This document shows, piece after piece, positions 63,503 through 64,000 of a stretch of DNA of 64,000 bases. The notes below the pieces were generated by a model. The model worked only from the letters and a program-made list of their open reading frames with translations, was not told the origin of the DNA and searched no databases. The position numbers and the translations under genes were made by a program. Source of the stretch: a virus (Duplodnaviria > Heunggongvirae > Uroviricota > Caudoviricetes). Within the stretch, counting starts at the first letter, position 1. Every line of letters starts with the position of its first letter. The stretch covers positions 39,242-103,241 of the IMG/VR virus record IMGVR_UViG_3300015262_000003. One strand, 5' to 3'.

Positions 63503-63530
63503 ATAGTACCACTCAGATCAGAGATTGCAA
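63503..63530 (-). promoter_or_regulatory. possible leftward promoter for the ligase operon (TTGCAA-N16-TACTAT on the minus strand)
   Basis: seen on the reverse complement. Confidence 0.35.
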
Positions 63531-63545
63531 GTATTATTTTAGGTG

Positions 63546-63574
63546 TTGACACGATGATTTCACTTCGGTAGGAT
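63546..63574 (+). promoter_or_regulatory. possible rightward promoter TTGACA-N17-TAGGAT
   Basis: seen directly, followed by the operator-like repeats. Confidence 0.4.
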
Positions 63575-63591
63575 TCACACCAAGAAATCGA

Positions 63592-63794
63592 GTGACACCC
63601 ATTTTGGGTCACACTATTCACCGACTAACACCCATAATGGGCTACAGAGTGACACCCAAAATGGTTCAATAATAAGAACGATCATTTATCAATAATGAGA
63701 GAGAAGCTAAAATAGAAGAAAAGCAAAAGCAAAGAGCCTAGTCACCTATTGCATTTGAGTACAGTCTTCTATACACTAACACCCATAATGGGTC
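63592..63794. repeat. operator-like array: four sites ACACCCA(W4)TGG, namely GTGACACCCATTTTGGGTCAC (63592-63612), TAACACCCATAATGGGC (63626-63642), GTGACACCCAAAATGGTTC (63649-63667) and the perfect palindrome ACCCATAATGGGT (63776-63794)
   Basis: seen directly in the divergent region between the ligase operon and the downstream + strand gene. Confidence 0.55.
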
Positions 63795-63802
63795 ATAGGA
63801 GA

Positions 63803-64000
63803 ATGACTGTGGAATTGTTACCATTTTACCAAGCACCAAAGCAATTATTCAGATGTAATGGATTTATTAGTAAAACTACTGGTCAACCAGTGGAGTTGAC
63901 ACACTCAGCTAAAATTGTATTTATGTATATGATGGATCGTACATCTTTCTTTACTGATGATCAAAAGAGTGATCATTATGAAACTCAGGCTACAATTGCT
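63803..64000 (+). CDS. partial CDS (N-terminus), putative DNA-binding protein with a winged-helix/HTH_36-like motif
   Basis: MTVELLPFYQAPKQLFRCNGFISKTTGQPVELTHSAKIVFMYMMDRTSFF...; the LTHSAKIVFMYMMD pattern is typical of HTH domains of phage replication/regulatory proteins; the likely true start is GTG at 63809 after the AGGAG SD; continues past the window end. Confidence 0.4.
   Translation, partial: MTVELLPFYQAPKQLFRCNGFISKTTGQPVELTHSAKIVFMYMMDRTSFFTDDQKSDHYETQATIA

Overview
The window is a gene-dense segment of a virulent dsDNA phage genome (about 40% GC, E. coli-like codon usage, many overlapping ATGA/TAATG gene junctions). It covers the early and DNA-metabolism regions, arranged as three transcription blocks. 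(A) A leftward block (1-25340): NrdA/NrdB ribonucleotide reductase, a divergent ThyX-like protein, a MazG-like NTP pyrophosphohydrolase, a DEDD 3'-5' exonuclease, a FEN-like 5'-3' nuclease, an SSB with a DIPF acidic tail, a short family-B DNA polymerase, a T7 gp4-like primase-helicase, at least four HNH homing-endonuclease genes wedged between replication genes, and a PL7 (alginate-lyase-like) fold protein. (B) A rightward block (25854-46043) of about 75 very small genes. Many of these are single-gene cassettes, each with its own near-consensus sigma70 promoter (TTGAC-N16-TGTAGAAT) and similar GCCCC-hairpin terminators. The block ends with a lipoprotein, a small TM protein and an SPFH/band-7 lipoprotein. 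(C) A second leftward block (47319-63469): a CYTH-domain protein, a Dda/Pif1-like SF1 helicase, a SLOG/DprA-like Rossmann protein, a lambda-type Ser/Thr phosphatase, dCMP deaminase, a second metallophosphoesterase, and an operon of ATP-dependent DNA ligase, Prs-like and NAMPT-like genes. That operon most parsimoniously represents the NARP1-type NAD+ reconstitution (anti-NAD-depletion) pathway. Blocks B and C converge on a 1.2-kb ORF-free region full of TCACAGA iterons and perfect palindromes, a candidate origin or protein-binding hub. Blocks A and B diverge from a 500-bp GC-enriched ORF-free structured region. At the right end there is an operator-like array of ACACCCATAATGGGT palindromes upstream of a partial HTH-type gene. 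Gene content (NadV+Prs, dense HNH genes, NrdAB, family-B pol) suggests a Felix-O1-like (Ounavirinae-type) myovirus; this is inference only. No CRISPR array, rRNA or convincing tRNA was recognised by eye. The ORF track uses TTG/GTG as starts, so several N-termini were re-assigned to internal ATGs with a Shine-Dalgarno sequence.
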